From: Tubiluchus corallicola
Taxonomy: Eukaryota > Animalia > Priapulida
Assembly (NCBI GenBank): GCA_030141605.1
Contig: JAQGDQ010000032.1
Coordinates: forward strand, 496,001-560,000
Reading direction: 5' to 3'
DNA length: 64,000 nucleotides
The notes below the pieces were generated by a model. The model saw only the letters and a program-made list of their open reading frames with translations. It had not been told where the DNA came from and made no database searches. Position 1 is the stretch's first letter; each line of letters begins with the position of its first letter. Of this stretch, positions 38,090-50,642 are shown piece after piece. Position numbers and translations under genes: made by a program.

Positions 38090-38570
38090 GCATTGTCACG
38101 CATTGTCAACCAATGTTGTAGGCAGCAATGGATCGGGCGGGAAATCTTACACAATAGATAATCACCTCTTCTTGTTCATCTCCTCTGACAAAATGAGAGG
38201 ACCGTTACGCAATCAGTCCTTCTCAACATCACAACAAGGACTTCCAACAGAGGCGCACAATGTCAGACCTGTCTCAGAGATGTTGCACATTGTTCTTAGC
38301 GGAGAACTTAGCGAAGGATACCTGTTGAGTGATGGAAACACGGATTTGTGTAAGCTATTATTCAAGTTGACAATGACACTGTGGGCTGACTGTGTTAGTG
38401 CACGATGGGGTGACAGTATTATGCCATGTAAGACCGCTCCTTCTGTTGTTCGACAGAGGACATTGACATGTGTAATGCCGTATCTCTTAGCTGCATCCAA
38501 CGCGCAGGCGCGACTCAAATCTCAGTAATCATGTCCGTCCTTTGTCTACAAAATGAAGATGACATCACTA
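38090..38570. promoter_or_regulatory. Candidate intronic enhancer: TGACA plus Sox (CATTGT) composite cluster
   Basis: 9 TGACA/TGTCA and 5 CATTGT/ACAATG in about 480 bp of GC-richer sequence. Confidence 0.5.
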
Positions 38571-39565
38571 ATTGGTACTCGTTAGGACCTTTACCTTTGC
38601 AAACGCAACGAAACAAATCCGTCTTTTGTTAGCGTTACAGATTAAACCAGCTCACTTATAGTGTAATTTAATGAATTAACTTAATTAACCTATAAGTTAT
38701 AAAAAACTCGCAGGATTGCCTAACGAATTTGAATCACACACTGTCGCTGTCATTGCAATGTTACATACCCCAATGATATACAAGTTTTATGTACGAAGTG
38801 ACTGCGACAGGATATTGCACAGGTGCTAATGAACTTTTACAAGACTTTTTTCCGTGCACGGCTAATTTTCGTGAGAGCGCCCGATTGCAAAAGACTGCTT
38901 GTCCACACACAAGGAAGCAATTAGCTGGTAGCGGGAAACAAATTGAGGTAAAACAATATAAGTTCTGTCCGCCGCATTGTCAAACTGTTAGCCCTCATTA
39001 TCTGATCTATCAAGAATGACAGAGGGACCGTTAGTGGACATAATAGTAGACATGACGATGATCTTCTTATCTAATCCTGGTTAGACCAGTCGCCCGCGGC
39101 TAGGGCTAGCTAGATTGATTTTTCAATTTGTGCAAGGTACTCAAATTTGACCAACAATTGACAGTTTATAATGTCGGTATGATCGTTTTATAGGTGTAGT
39201 ACTGACAAACAAATTTAAAACGATAATTTGCAATTTAATATATTGATAATTATTTGGCATTAACTAGTGCTAATAACATGCCCTAAATTCAGAGAAAATG
39301 AACAAGTAATACCATAAAAATGGCATCACATTTACCGCAAAAAATGGGCTCACTTTACAGTTATTGTATTATTTTAGCTTTTAAGACAAAAACGAAACAG
39401 GACATAATGTGCCCTTTTCTCTACATATATTAACAGAAATAATATGCATTTCAGTGTTGCTCTGGTGATTTACTGGGATTCGAGAAGTAATTTTGTAGGT
39501 CACAAATTTGATTGCAATGCACTGTCCAACCGTTTTCCTTTTGAACAAACAAATGAATGCGCGAT

Positions 39566-39620
39566 GAACGAACAAACGAACGAACGAACGAACGAACAAA
39601 CACACAAACAAACAAACAAA
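39566..39620. repeat. (AACG/AAAC)n microsatellite
   Basis: Direct reading. Confidence 0.85.
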
Positions 39621-41571
39621 TAATCAGGCGAGCCAAACATCTAAGTTTGAGTTACGTCACCACAAACCAACTGCAACAAAATGCAACCACACAAACAAGC
39701 AAGCAGCAAAAACCTGTCCTTTTCTTAATACATAAAGCAGTAATTTAAATCCACATACTAGCATACAGTCTACTGCTAGTATATATTTGTCCATATATTG
39801 ACAAACTTAAATTTAACATAATGTGATAATGAAATAAAAATTAAGACAAGCAGAATTCGCAAAAGCGCTGCTTTTAATAGTCCTTTTGACGCCTTTCTAC
39901 TATATATAATATATGCCATACCAATTAATGCCAAAAAATTAATTAATTCAATTCAACATTTTTAAATTATCGTCACGTGCGTCACTTTAGTTGTATTTCT
40001 TTTTTTGCCGTCGCCTCACCTGTTATCAGGTAAAGAAATCGCGAATGCCCGAGGGAAAAATTCGAATGATAATCACAAGTTCCAGGTGTCAGGCAGACAA
40101 AATCATTTTTGGCTAACTTACGTGCAAACAGCGTGTTACGTGTGCTTGGCTTTATGCTTTACCAATTCGTGCTTTATCAAATCAACTCGACTATTTCACC
40201 ACAAAATTAATATTTTCATTACAATGTCATCATCGTCGTCATCGTTTTCGAAACGTGGTCAAATATTTTTATTCGACAAACGGACAAAAACGATATTGTG
40301 TACCTCTCACCATACATGGATACCGCGACCCTACGATTAAGAGAGGCAATGCCTCATATAATGCCACCCAGTAGCGCATCACAAACACTACAATAGACTT
40401 GTGTAAATATATATACAGGGGATTATGGATTTTACACCTTTAAAAGTGTTATTGAACAAACAGAAAAACATGACACAAAACCCGGTAAATGTGCACGTTT
40501 AGGAATGGGACATTTTGGCTGACCCCTTAAAAATATAAATACATTCATCAAGAGTAGAAAATCGCCTGGATAAGGATTACGATATCATTGGCAACTCAAA
40601 CAAAATAGCAAATTCAGCATTGTCTTGTGTTTTTGGACTATTAAATTTTACTAATTTCGATAAAATATGTAAGCAGGAATTTGGACTATTTCAAGGTTTG
40701 TTTTGGGTTAGGATCGATGCAGAATAATGTAAGGCATACAACTCAAAAACTCAAAACTTCACTTCAAAGCATACACTTCAAAACTCAAAAAATTAACTGG
40801 ATGATTATTATTAGTTAAGGGAGGAGGAGTGATTTAATATAAGAGGTTACTGTGTTGTGTTTAACACATTACATTTAACTAATTACATAAGGTAGGTTAA
40901 TTAAAAAAGACCGCAAAAAACAAAACATTATTTTCCAAAGCACAACGTCAAACGTGAGCACTATAGGCTAGCGGAAGTCTGTGTGACTATTATAACAGTA
41001 ACACGCCGCACTATTAATGCGATTTTCCATTTTTCTACAGAGAACAAATCTTTAAAATTTTGGATATGACGCCGCCTTTTAATATAGGCGGGAATAATAG
41101 GCGGGAGATATCATGTTGTATTTACATAAGCTACTTCTAATATAGCATGTTACTTTATACAAGGTTGCTGTATGATTTGCATTCTGTGCTAAATAATAAT
41201 TAAGATGCTATCCCATCCCATTTCTAAGGTTCGTAAGAAAAAGATAATGAAATTAGGAAACTAGTAGACTAAAGACTAGAAACTTATCCATGTAGACCTT
41301 CAAATAATTGACACCTAAAGAAAGTACGATAACTATCAGGAATAAATAATGAAATACAATGGTATTTACAGTATCTTGCTCTTTCTACATTTGTACATGA
41401 AATTTGAAGTTAGTTGTTGTTGTTGTTGTGGTGGTTGCTGTTAATAAGATCAACGGATAGCTCTGCCTAAGATAAAACGTAGCCAGGTACGATAAAAAAG
41501 TCAATGGTCGGCCGTCACAGACAAATAACACAAAACTTATACCAAACTGTCCAGAAAAATAAGAATCTTAC

Positions 41572-41700
41572 CATCAATTGTAGGAACTCAGAAAGCATAT
41601 GGGATCGCACTACCGGGGAGAATTCACCTCGCAGAAGGCGCTCCGTGAAGATGGAATAACTGGGCTTCGTGCCACCATTCCTATCCAACCCAGGCGTCAT
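41572..41700 (-). CDS. BNC2: Probable first coding exon of basonuclin (MTPGLDRNGGTKPSYSIFTERLLRGEFSPVVRSHMLSEFLQLM)
   Basis: Open frame ending ATG|GTAAGA at phase 0, which joins in frame to AIRC; ATG in gcaaaaATG context. In-frame ATGs also at 41730 and 41736. No homology check possible. Confidence 0.65.
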
Positions 41701-42350
41701 TTTTGCTAACGAAAAGTTCTCACCAAGCATTAGCATTGATTACAATTAATCAATAATCGAAAAATCGAAATGGTTAAACGGAAAGCCATAGTTTCACTGG
41801 CGTACAGACGTGATGGCATTCGCATAAATGAAGTCACAACAAATGCTAATGTAGACAAAAGTTGTGAGACAATCCGGTTTTCCTACTCCAGATCGAATGT
41901 CAGTCCAAGGAGAGAACTGCTCTAATCGATATGTAATAATTATTATCCACTAATAAAATGATTTATAAACAAACTCGCTAATGTGGCTCATCATCGATTA
42001 TCTTCGTCCTCCAGGCTGATATATGCAACACACGCAATAGCTGCTTATTAATTCACATAATGAAATTAAGCTATCTGTTGTAAGCATACAGTTAATCTGC
42101 CGCCGGGTCATCTTCCTGTGGGTGTGTGGTTAAGGAGCAGTCGGCCAGAGAGAGTCGAGGGTTTAGCAACCAACCCGTGACAAGCTCACTAAATAAGTAA
42201 CAATCGGCTCAAAGCAGCAAATGAAAGGAAAACTAAAGATCAGTAAGAGGTGGGCAAGCAAGCACATCGAAGTCCACTGTGGTCTCTACAACTGGTTCGC
42301 GCATTGGTCTGTGCATCAAACGGTAATTAAATTACATCAAGCAAAGAAAA
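41701..42350 (-). promoter_or_regulatory. Putative basonuclin 5' UTR / proximal promoter
   Basis: Positional inference: non-repetitive, locally GC/CpG-richer sequence directly upstream of the probable first coding exon; TSS not identifiable. Confidence 0.3.
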
Positions 42351-42984
42351 GAAGTTATACGCATGCCATTATGGGCATAGACACCCGTAGTTACTAAGGG
42401 GGCTACGTTACAAATTATCGAGTCCCTAAACAAGACTATTAATTATTATAATCATGCGCCATTTAAATATTTAATAGATTTAGTCGTAGGTGGTAGCCGC
42501 TTGTGTAGCTCAGAAATAATTTAGCAAACATACTTTTTAGCTACAACTTAACAGCCGTAGCATAGAGCTGCCAAATAAATTACAATATTAGGATTCGAGT
42601 TTTTTGTTAGTCGGAGCGAGCTTCATAGGCACGTGGTTATGTGCCTCGGCTAGTCAGTGAGTGGTTGGTGACTGCCTGGGTCCAACACTTATTCTGGAGG
42701 GTTTCATTCGCCATACTGATTCGGGCTGTTTACTTTGTAGAGAGAAGACATATCTTTGCATCGTATTTATAGACACCAGTTCAGCGTCTCACCTTAGAGG
42801 TCGTCATTACGACGTCTTCATTGCCAGTCTCTTCATAAACATCAGCGTTGAGTAGACCCTGTCGTCGAATTGTGAATTCCAGCTTGCGGTGCGCCAAACC
42901 GTATAAAAAGCTTTGCAGTTTCTCTTATTCAGGGTAGTTTACCTCAACAAAAGAAATAGCCGTTTTTTCTAAAAATTAGTCTAA

Positions 42985-43469
42985 AAATACTTGAAGCACC
43001 CATTTACTTACATAAAGCTAAAAAACTCGTATTGAAATTTTGTATCACTTACATGCGGCCTTGTTGCACAGCACACATAAACTGTATTAGTAATAACGAT
43101 GTATATAATACCGTTAGGCGCAGCCCTATGGACGGTAAGTCGTTTGAAACAAGTGTAGATAACATTGTGTAAAGTTTGAAAAAATAATCAGAGCATTTGT
43201 AGCGCGGACTTCACCAACTAAGCAAAAGTATTTATTGCTGTTTCTTGTCAATAAGATTAAAAATGTGTTTTTTGGTGAGTCTGTGGTGCACACTGGGAAG
43301 GCGAGTCAGTGACATTTTACCAAGTGACGCGAACATTTTAAATTTCTAAGAATTTATTTTTCTAGTTATATAAGTCTTTTAAGCAGGTAAGCATAATGCT
43401 AAGTAATATAACCTTATGTGAAAAGTTTTTCTGGGACATACTTTAAAATTGCCTTTTCTCCACCTTTAA
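42985..43469 (-). mobile_element. TTAA-flanked non-autonomous DNA transposon (Kolobok-like), copy 2, inverted
   Basis: Reverse complement begins TTAAaggtggagaaaaggcaattttaaagtatgtccc and shares the same internal blocks as copies 1 and 3. Confidence 0.8.
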
Positions 43470-44348
43470 GAGGCTGAAAAGTGAATCGTATCTTAGTTCA
43501 ACTGAATATAAGAAATTTTTTAAACTAATCGCAATTATAGTCATCAGCTGCAATACAGTTCATATTAAAAAACTATATCAGCATAAGAAGAACGCGGTTG
43601 TCATAATAAAATTATACGTGTACAAAATCAGCTCAAATAGCAATGTGAAGTAGTTATGCTGGGACGCTTTTTATGCAAATTATATACCTGTAGGTATTAT
43701 GAATCAATAAGGATAATTGCATTATTATTAGTAGTGGTTTTTTGAATGTGTCAGATATAGGTCAATCATTGTGTTACACTGGACGCAAGCACTTTCATCA
43801 GGTACAAAAAATATAACTTCTGAGTATACGATAACTTTTACTTTGTACATAATATTTTTGCCCTAATATCTAATTTTAAGTTTAGGGTTTTAGTGTATGT
43901 ATTTATAGATGGCATTAAGCTAAAATAAACTGATAAACAATAAAGAATTACACAAGCGAAGTTTTCTCGCTTGGGACGTCCAAGAGATTCTCGCAATTTC
44001 CCGCCTTAATTAATGTCACGGATGCAAATTAGTTGCGAATAAACGATTCCTTCGATATTACTGTGAGAGGCGGCAATTTTGCCCAAAGGTGTATTCATTT
44101 AAGCAGTCGGTGGCTATTTATGACCAAGTATTGTACTGCATAATAGAAAAGTAGGATAGATACATATGGATAATATCAATAATTATAATGATTACAATTG
44201 TATTGCAGTGGACGTGATTTCTTACTTACAAGAGGTGACTGCCAAAGTTTATTTTCATGGAGCTAGGCACAAGGCATAAAATTGGTGGTACTTACTTCTT
44301 AAAATGTTTCCTGATTTCAAAATTTAAATGTATAGGACCTATACAATA

Positions 44349-44528
44349 GGTGACCGGTAATAAAGTCACGGGAAAAAAGTCAGGGGAAAGTCACACAGAA
44401 AAAAAAGTTACAATTAATTTTGGCAAGAGTTAAGTGCTAGTGTTATGGTTAGGGTTAGGATTAGGGTAAGGGTCTTCCGGTGCGTCTTTTTCTGTACCTT
44501 TTTTCCTGTGCCCTTTTACCTGGATTCC
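44349..44528. mobile_element. 180-bp MITE with long sub-repeated TIRs and an internal (TTAGGG)-like tract, Mutator/Phantom-like
   Basis: Left arm ggtgaccggtaataaagtcacgggaaaaaagtcagggg mirrors right arm tgtaccttttttcctgtgcccttttacctggattcc; flanks tacaata and tacagta resemble a 7-bp TSD. Confidence 0.7.
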
Positions 44529-45531
44529 TACAGTATACGATGTAGGTGTTTTGCATACATTTACACAGATGACTTCCCCATAAAATAATAGACTTTCACT
44601 TAACAAGTGTAATTGCTTTGATAAAGCGATATTTACTGAATTGTGTTATCAAAAGACCACAAATTTCACTACAAAAAAACGATATCAGTTAGCATGCCAA
44701 GGAAGGCTGAGGTGAAGACAAAGTCAGGAAACGAAGTCTTATATATAGAAACAGTTTGGAAAACAAGAAAGAACAAATTGCGTGCACAACCACTGATACA
44801 CATTCCGCTGAAAGTTTGGCAGGAAGGTTAAACACAAGGAGATTTTTGAGGACAAAAATATATAAGAACGAAAGAAAATTTGTATGCAAATGGAAGCGCA
44901 CAAATACGAACATATTGGTAAAAAACCAAATGTGCAAAGTAAGTGTGAGCTGCGACTGGGGGACCGACAAGTACAACAAAAAAGGTTTCACCATTTTCGT
45001 AATGTGCAATGTGTTGACGTTACATAAAATCAACAGAAGGTGCTGTTGCGTCAGCAAGGTGATATATATATATATATATAGATATCATCGATGAGTCCAT
45101 AGCTGTGAAAACACACAGCAGTTTCCATGCAGACAGCTTCTTTTGGTCAAAGCATTTCTGTGTTTTCTAATTTATACGTTGTGAATTGCAGGTAATTTTA
45201 TGGGTAGTCTGCCAGATCGTAGGTAAACGGTAAAACTAGAACAGATATGAACGTGGTTTCCCTGTATTAAACTCGATCGGCGACCATGTCTATGGTCTAC
45301 ACGACGCAGATCTACCTCACTGTTAAGAAGTTACTACTGTAGCTGAATATGTAGATAACCACTGCTAACCCAAATCACAAATAACAATAATAGTGTCAGA
45401 AAATTAAATTATAGGTCTACCAGTCTTGCTGATGTGCCACATGGACGCCACGTGCAATACAATCGAAGCCCCTCCGGTTAACAGTCTAACATGCTATTAG
45501 CCACTGTGGCACCTAGTCACAAGGCTATGTT

Positions 45532-45563
45532 ACACGCACGCACGCACGCACGCACGCACGCAC

Positions 45564-45605
<42 letters not shown>

Positions 45606-45611
45606 ACACAC
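45532..45611. repeat. Compound (CACG)n-(CA)n microsatellite
   Basis: Direct reading. Confidence 0.95.
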
Positions 45612-47439
45612 TGATAATCAGTAATGAGCGCATTTTCCACTTAATGTTTTTTCTTCGGCTTCGGCTTATTCCCTATACAGAAATAAGCTCTTGATAATTT
45701 CATTGAAGATGCGTTATTGAGACCATTAAAACAGGCCTGATTTAAGCTAACGTGGGAACAAAATTCAGAGATGGCGTCATAGAGGCGCAAGGTCAAGCTG
45801 ACATTCACGCCAGTAGACAGGCAGCCGTAATGGGAATTAAACCTAGTCAACATTAATGCTGTTCACGACAAATAAAATATTTGGCCTTGATGAGAAAATT
45901 GAAGAGCTGTGATTTTGTGTGTAGGCATGTCACTGAGGCACATCAGAGCATTAAATCTTAGTATAAACGACGTCTTCTGAGCCCTGGAGCGCAAATGCTT
46001 GACTGTGCTGTGACCCAGTGCATGAATCGGTTATTTTTTTCTCCCAATATGACTGGATTAACCAGTCGACGAGTATGCATTAAACATAGCTCTGAGACAC
46101 GCTAGATGACAATTCTAACAACTGCTCGTTTATTAAAATCGACTATGTAAAATCTGGGCGTGGAGGTAAAGACACAAAAGCTTAGATTACCCAACTTAGT
46201 TAAAGGGGGTGGTAAAAGGGTCATCTTTCGTAGAAAAAAAACATCGAAACGCACTAATGTGAAATCTATGAGAGAAAGGATGCATTAAGTATTGCGGGCG
46301 CCTCCAATTTAGTGCAACTACCATTTTATTGGTGTCCATTTGAATTTTGTATAACTCCATGCAAACGCCCGCCCCTCTTTTATATCAATTATAGACGGAT
46401 TACCGGCAGACTCACCTATTCAGATAAAATAGATAAATTCCGTAAAGATTTAATTTTAAGTCTTTCCACTTTATCACAGAACCACTAAGGAGGCATAGCG
46501 ATGGGTCAAGGGTATCACTTAAAAAGATACTGGATATAAAGGACTCGTCTGTCTTGTCTAGTGATACAAAAGCGCACGCAAAAGGTCTTCTTACAGTCAT
46601 CATCTATATAGCTGTGATCAAAAACAGATCACGTTTACTACATGTACATTCTATTTATACGAAGAACCGACATATCTGAGAATTATCTTCTATTGTCTTC
46701 AAAAGCCAAGACTTTAGTGTTTACCTGGTTCTTATTTACGGTTTATTTGTTTACAAAAAATTAAACCATTCTCACCTACTCCATTTAATATGGAAAAATT
46801 TTCTAAAACTATCTATGCGCCTGGCTAGCTAAAAAAGTCTATGTGCGTACGTGGTAAATTGGTTCTATTTTATACCAAACATTAGGGCCAAATAAGGCAA
46901 CTTATCTAGAGAATAAATTTTTATAGCTTTACTATTCGTGCCATGCGCCTCGTGCCTCACTAGACATTATCACTAAGTTCCAGGACAATGATGCGTTTAT
47001 TACATAGTTTCCACCTCAAGAAAGCAGAAAGTGCAAGTTTCTGAGAATCTTTACAAAAACGCTAACTAGGAAATACACACAAGTTGACATATTTTTCAAA
47101 TTTTAATTACCCACTAATAAATAAAGGCTCTAATAAAATGATAAATTTTGACGCTATTTAGCGGTTTTATAAAAATTCGCGCTAAAGATGATGAAACTAG
47201 GTTGCCTTTTATGAAGATGCTCCATGAAGAAATCACTGTTTATATAGACATATATGCAGACCTGCTTTCTAAAGAGAACAAGTGGACCATCATCAAAAGG
47301 ATGCCAAAAACAGATTTCTGAGTAGTTAGTTGACTTAGTTCATGTACGACATTTGCGTTGCCCGGCGACGAAAAGGGAGGCAGATGAATAGATTAGAAAC
47401 TAAAGGGGAGTCGAAAGACAAGTAAACAGATAAAAAATC

Positions 47440-48020
47440 AATAAATGAAGGAATGAGTCAAAAAATGACTGATTGAATGATTGACGGACTTACCGATGTA
47501 CAAATCGACAGAACAACCAAATGAATGAATGAATGAATGAGTGGATGAATAAATAAAATATTAAGTTGACGATTAAGTGAAGTAGTTACCAAACAAAAAC
47601 ACAGAAGAGTAAACAAATCACAGGAGTAAAGAAATAAGCCAACGAGTGAGAGCTATTGAATAAATAAACGAATGAACATGAACAAACAAACAAACAAAAG
47701 AGTGAACAAAAGAAGAAACAAAGGAATAATAATCAGCAAACCGCTGTACTGGATGAACATAGAATGAACGAACGAAAAAAAATAAACGAATAAATGAACC
47801 AACGAAAGGTAAAAAAAGAAAGACAGAGAAAGAAAGATAGAATGAAGGAATGAATATATGAAATAAACAAATAAATAAAGGATGAATGAATGAATAAGCG
47901 AATGAATAAATGAGCGAACGAATGAGAATGAATGAGCGAATGTATGAATGAATGATGATCTAAAAGGTTTGTGAATAAACTAGGCAAAAGAAATAAAAAA
48001 GGAAAAAGAAGATGAAGGAA
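47440..48020. repeat. Degenerate (GAAT/AAAT/AAAC)n tetranucleotide field
   Basis: Recurrent atga/ataa/acaa units; explains the spurious ORF 47733-48029. Confidence 0.8.
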
Positions 48021-48679
48021 GTCCAGCAAGAACAGCTGACAGAATTAAAAGGGTGTGAGAATAACAGATTTCAGGTAAGGAAATTTGTATCATAATCATA
48101 ACAAAATTACCAAATTTCAAGACGAGCTGTTATAGCAACTGGAGCTAAAAATTACCGTAACTACAATTAGCTGCTAACCTTCTTACGCAATACAAGAAGT
48201 TTGGAGCAGTATCTCTTCCAACTTTAAGCATAAGCCATAAAAGCAATAAAAAATTGAAATGGCAATAAGATCTAATCGACACTAGAAATTATGCTCTAAT
48301 AAAACTAAAACTCAATTTTTATAATTCATTTAAGAAAAGCCCACAAACGCACACACGTCACAAACATGTACACAAGCTCTATATAGGCTTTTAGTATGAG
48401 ATATGAAATAGAACCAACTTTTCAGTAGGTTAAAGACTTTCAAAAAATATAATTTAAATAATTTTAATAGTGATGGCCTTATAAAAATTAATAAATTATT
48501 AAAAATATTTATATCAAGTCCGTAAAATAATTCACCTACCGAAGTGTCCTTTGATTTAAAGAAGCTAGATGGAGTGTTTACAGGCATTTTGTCCAATCGG
48601 CTGACGTCACATAACATCATTAATCAATATATGTGCCAATAATGATTTAAAATCATATGTGGATTCATAGTCCTACAGC

Positions 48680-49170
48680 TCATGTCAAAAAGTTAATGAA
48701 AACCGTTACCACAACCGCGTCAAGTTCAGCAGATGTCAAAGAACAGGCAGCCAACTAGCAGTGAAAAGGCAAAATCAGCAAACAGGTGACAATTAAAACA
48801 TGCGATAAAAGCAGGTGTCATCTACCGCGAGCCCCCTTTGCAGGCGGCATATGTGTTAGAACTGTCACTCGGTGTCAAATGGCCGACAAAAGAAAATGCG
48901 TTTTCTCGAAAACAAAACTGTGCACCGATAGAATTATGTAAAAATGGCATGTAGGCTACAGGTTAATGCGACAACGACAGTCAACTTTCACTTTCCATAG
49001 TCATTCATAGTTTACAAGCCTGTGTGACACACGTTAACACTGCCGCGAGTAGCAAATTGTCACTGCTCCTACGTGCGTGACGACATGAAATAAAAGTGAA
49101 ATTGCAGTCTAGCGTTCCATGACATCAATGTCACAAACGAGGCCTCGCCATGCCAGATTACGTGACATTT
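48680..49170. promoter_or_regulatory. Candidate enhancer: homotypic TGACA (TALE homeodomain) cluster
   Basis: 11 TGACA/TGTCA in about 490 bp plus two CAGGTG boxes. Confidence 0.55.
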
Positions 49171-50136
49171 TTGCCGAATTAGATGTAGGCCTGTAATTAC
49201 GCTTTCACCGCAAAATGTAGTGACCTAGTGGGCCTATGAGCTCAAAACTTTTAGTGGATTTCTTTTGCGAGTCGGCGACCAACTAGAGTTTGAATTTTGG
49301 AATGCATATCCGGTATTGCATAAGTTTTTTCGTCTAAATTACTGCCCCATTTCCTGTCTTTGATTTAGAATGGTCACCAAAAAGTGACGTAGGCTTGTAG
49401 CTTTCAAAGTGAACGTTTCAAAATGTCTAATTTCGGGACAACAAGTCTATGAAAAGATTAAAATTTAAGAATCAAAAACTACTGAAGTTACCAAACTTAA
49501 CTACTGTAATAGCTCTCATTTTGGATTATCATTTGCCTTTTCAATGGTTGATGTTATAATTATATGTTGTTGAAAAATGTTAAAATTGCTAAAAAAAGAA
49601 TTTCACATGTATATATTTTTATTTGTATATGTGACCAATAAATAACATCTACATCTATGTCTAATGTTGGAGGTAAACTGAAATTAAGGTCTTGAGATCG
49701 TGTATTTTTTAAGTAACTTTCAGAAATATATCCCATACATACAAATATAAACACCATGACAAATTAAAACAAAAGTATGAAAACTATAGTCATAAGAACA
49801 CCACAACTTAATTTACGACATACATGTACAGAAAAAAGTAGGAAAAGCCTGTATCATAAATATATTACACTAATTGTATCAAAAGCGGATGGACTATCGC
49901 CATACTTCGTAGCGAAATTTATCGATTTATAGTAAAAATTGTAGTGTTGACACGATTTTACCTCCCCGAAAATAAACTTTGTAAAAATTAAGCTGCCGTG
50001 ACCAAATTGTACGAAAGTTTTTATTGCGGTTTTCATTGTGCCAGAGCTTCGAGTAAAGGGATATTAGCAAATGTGTAAATGGAGAACCGTAATGATTAAA
50101 TTATAGAAACTCTCATAAAGGACGTGAAAAATTTCC

Positions 50137-50642
50137 TTAAAGAGGAAGAAAATGCAATTTTAAAGTACGTCCCAAAAAACTTTCCGTACAAAGTTATATT
50201 ACATTGCACTACGCTTACCTGTTCGAAACACTAACGTAACTAGAAAAGAAAATTCTTAATAATTAAACATTTTCGCGCCAACAGGTAAAATGTCACTGAC
50301 TCACCTTCCTTCAGTGTGAAACGCTGACGCACAAAAACATATTATTACTCTTTTTCACAACAAAAAGTAATTTGTACTTTAGCTTAGCTAGTGAAATGTG
50401 CGCTACTCATACGAATGATTATTTTTTCAAACTTTACACAATATTATCCAAACTTGTTTCAAATGACCTACCGACAAAATGGCTGGGCCCATTAACGATC
50501 ATCTGGACGTTTAAATTTCAAGTTTTATGCGGCGTTATGCTGCTAATAAGCTCTGCGCGCAATAAGGCAGTATGTAGGTAACATAAAATTTCAAAACGAT
50601 TTTTTCAAACTTTATGTAGGTAAAGGGTTTTCTTGTCCTTAA
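50137..50642 (+). mobile_element. TTAA-flanked non-autonomous DNA transposon (Kolobok-like), copy 3, full length
   Basis: TTAA at both ends with short imperfect TIRs (TTAAagaggaagaaaa / ttttcttgtccTTAA). Superfamily inferred from the TTAA target plus AG/GG termini rather than piggyBac CCC. Confidence 0.8.

Noticed and set aside
38103-38528. 141-aa (+) and 101-aa (-) overlapping ORFs
   Set aside because: The + ORF starts at TTG; no domain or splice support; better explained as GC-richer regulatory DNA.
44445-44473. (TTAGGG)-like repeats suggesting an interstitial telomere
   Set aside because: Short, degenerate and internal to a TIR-bounded MITE.
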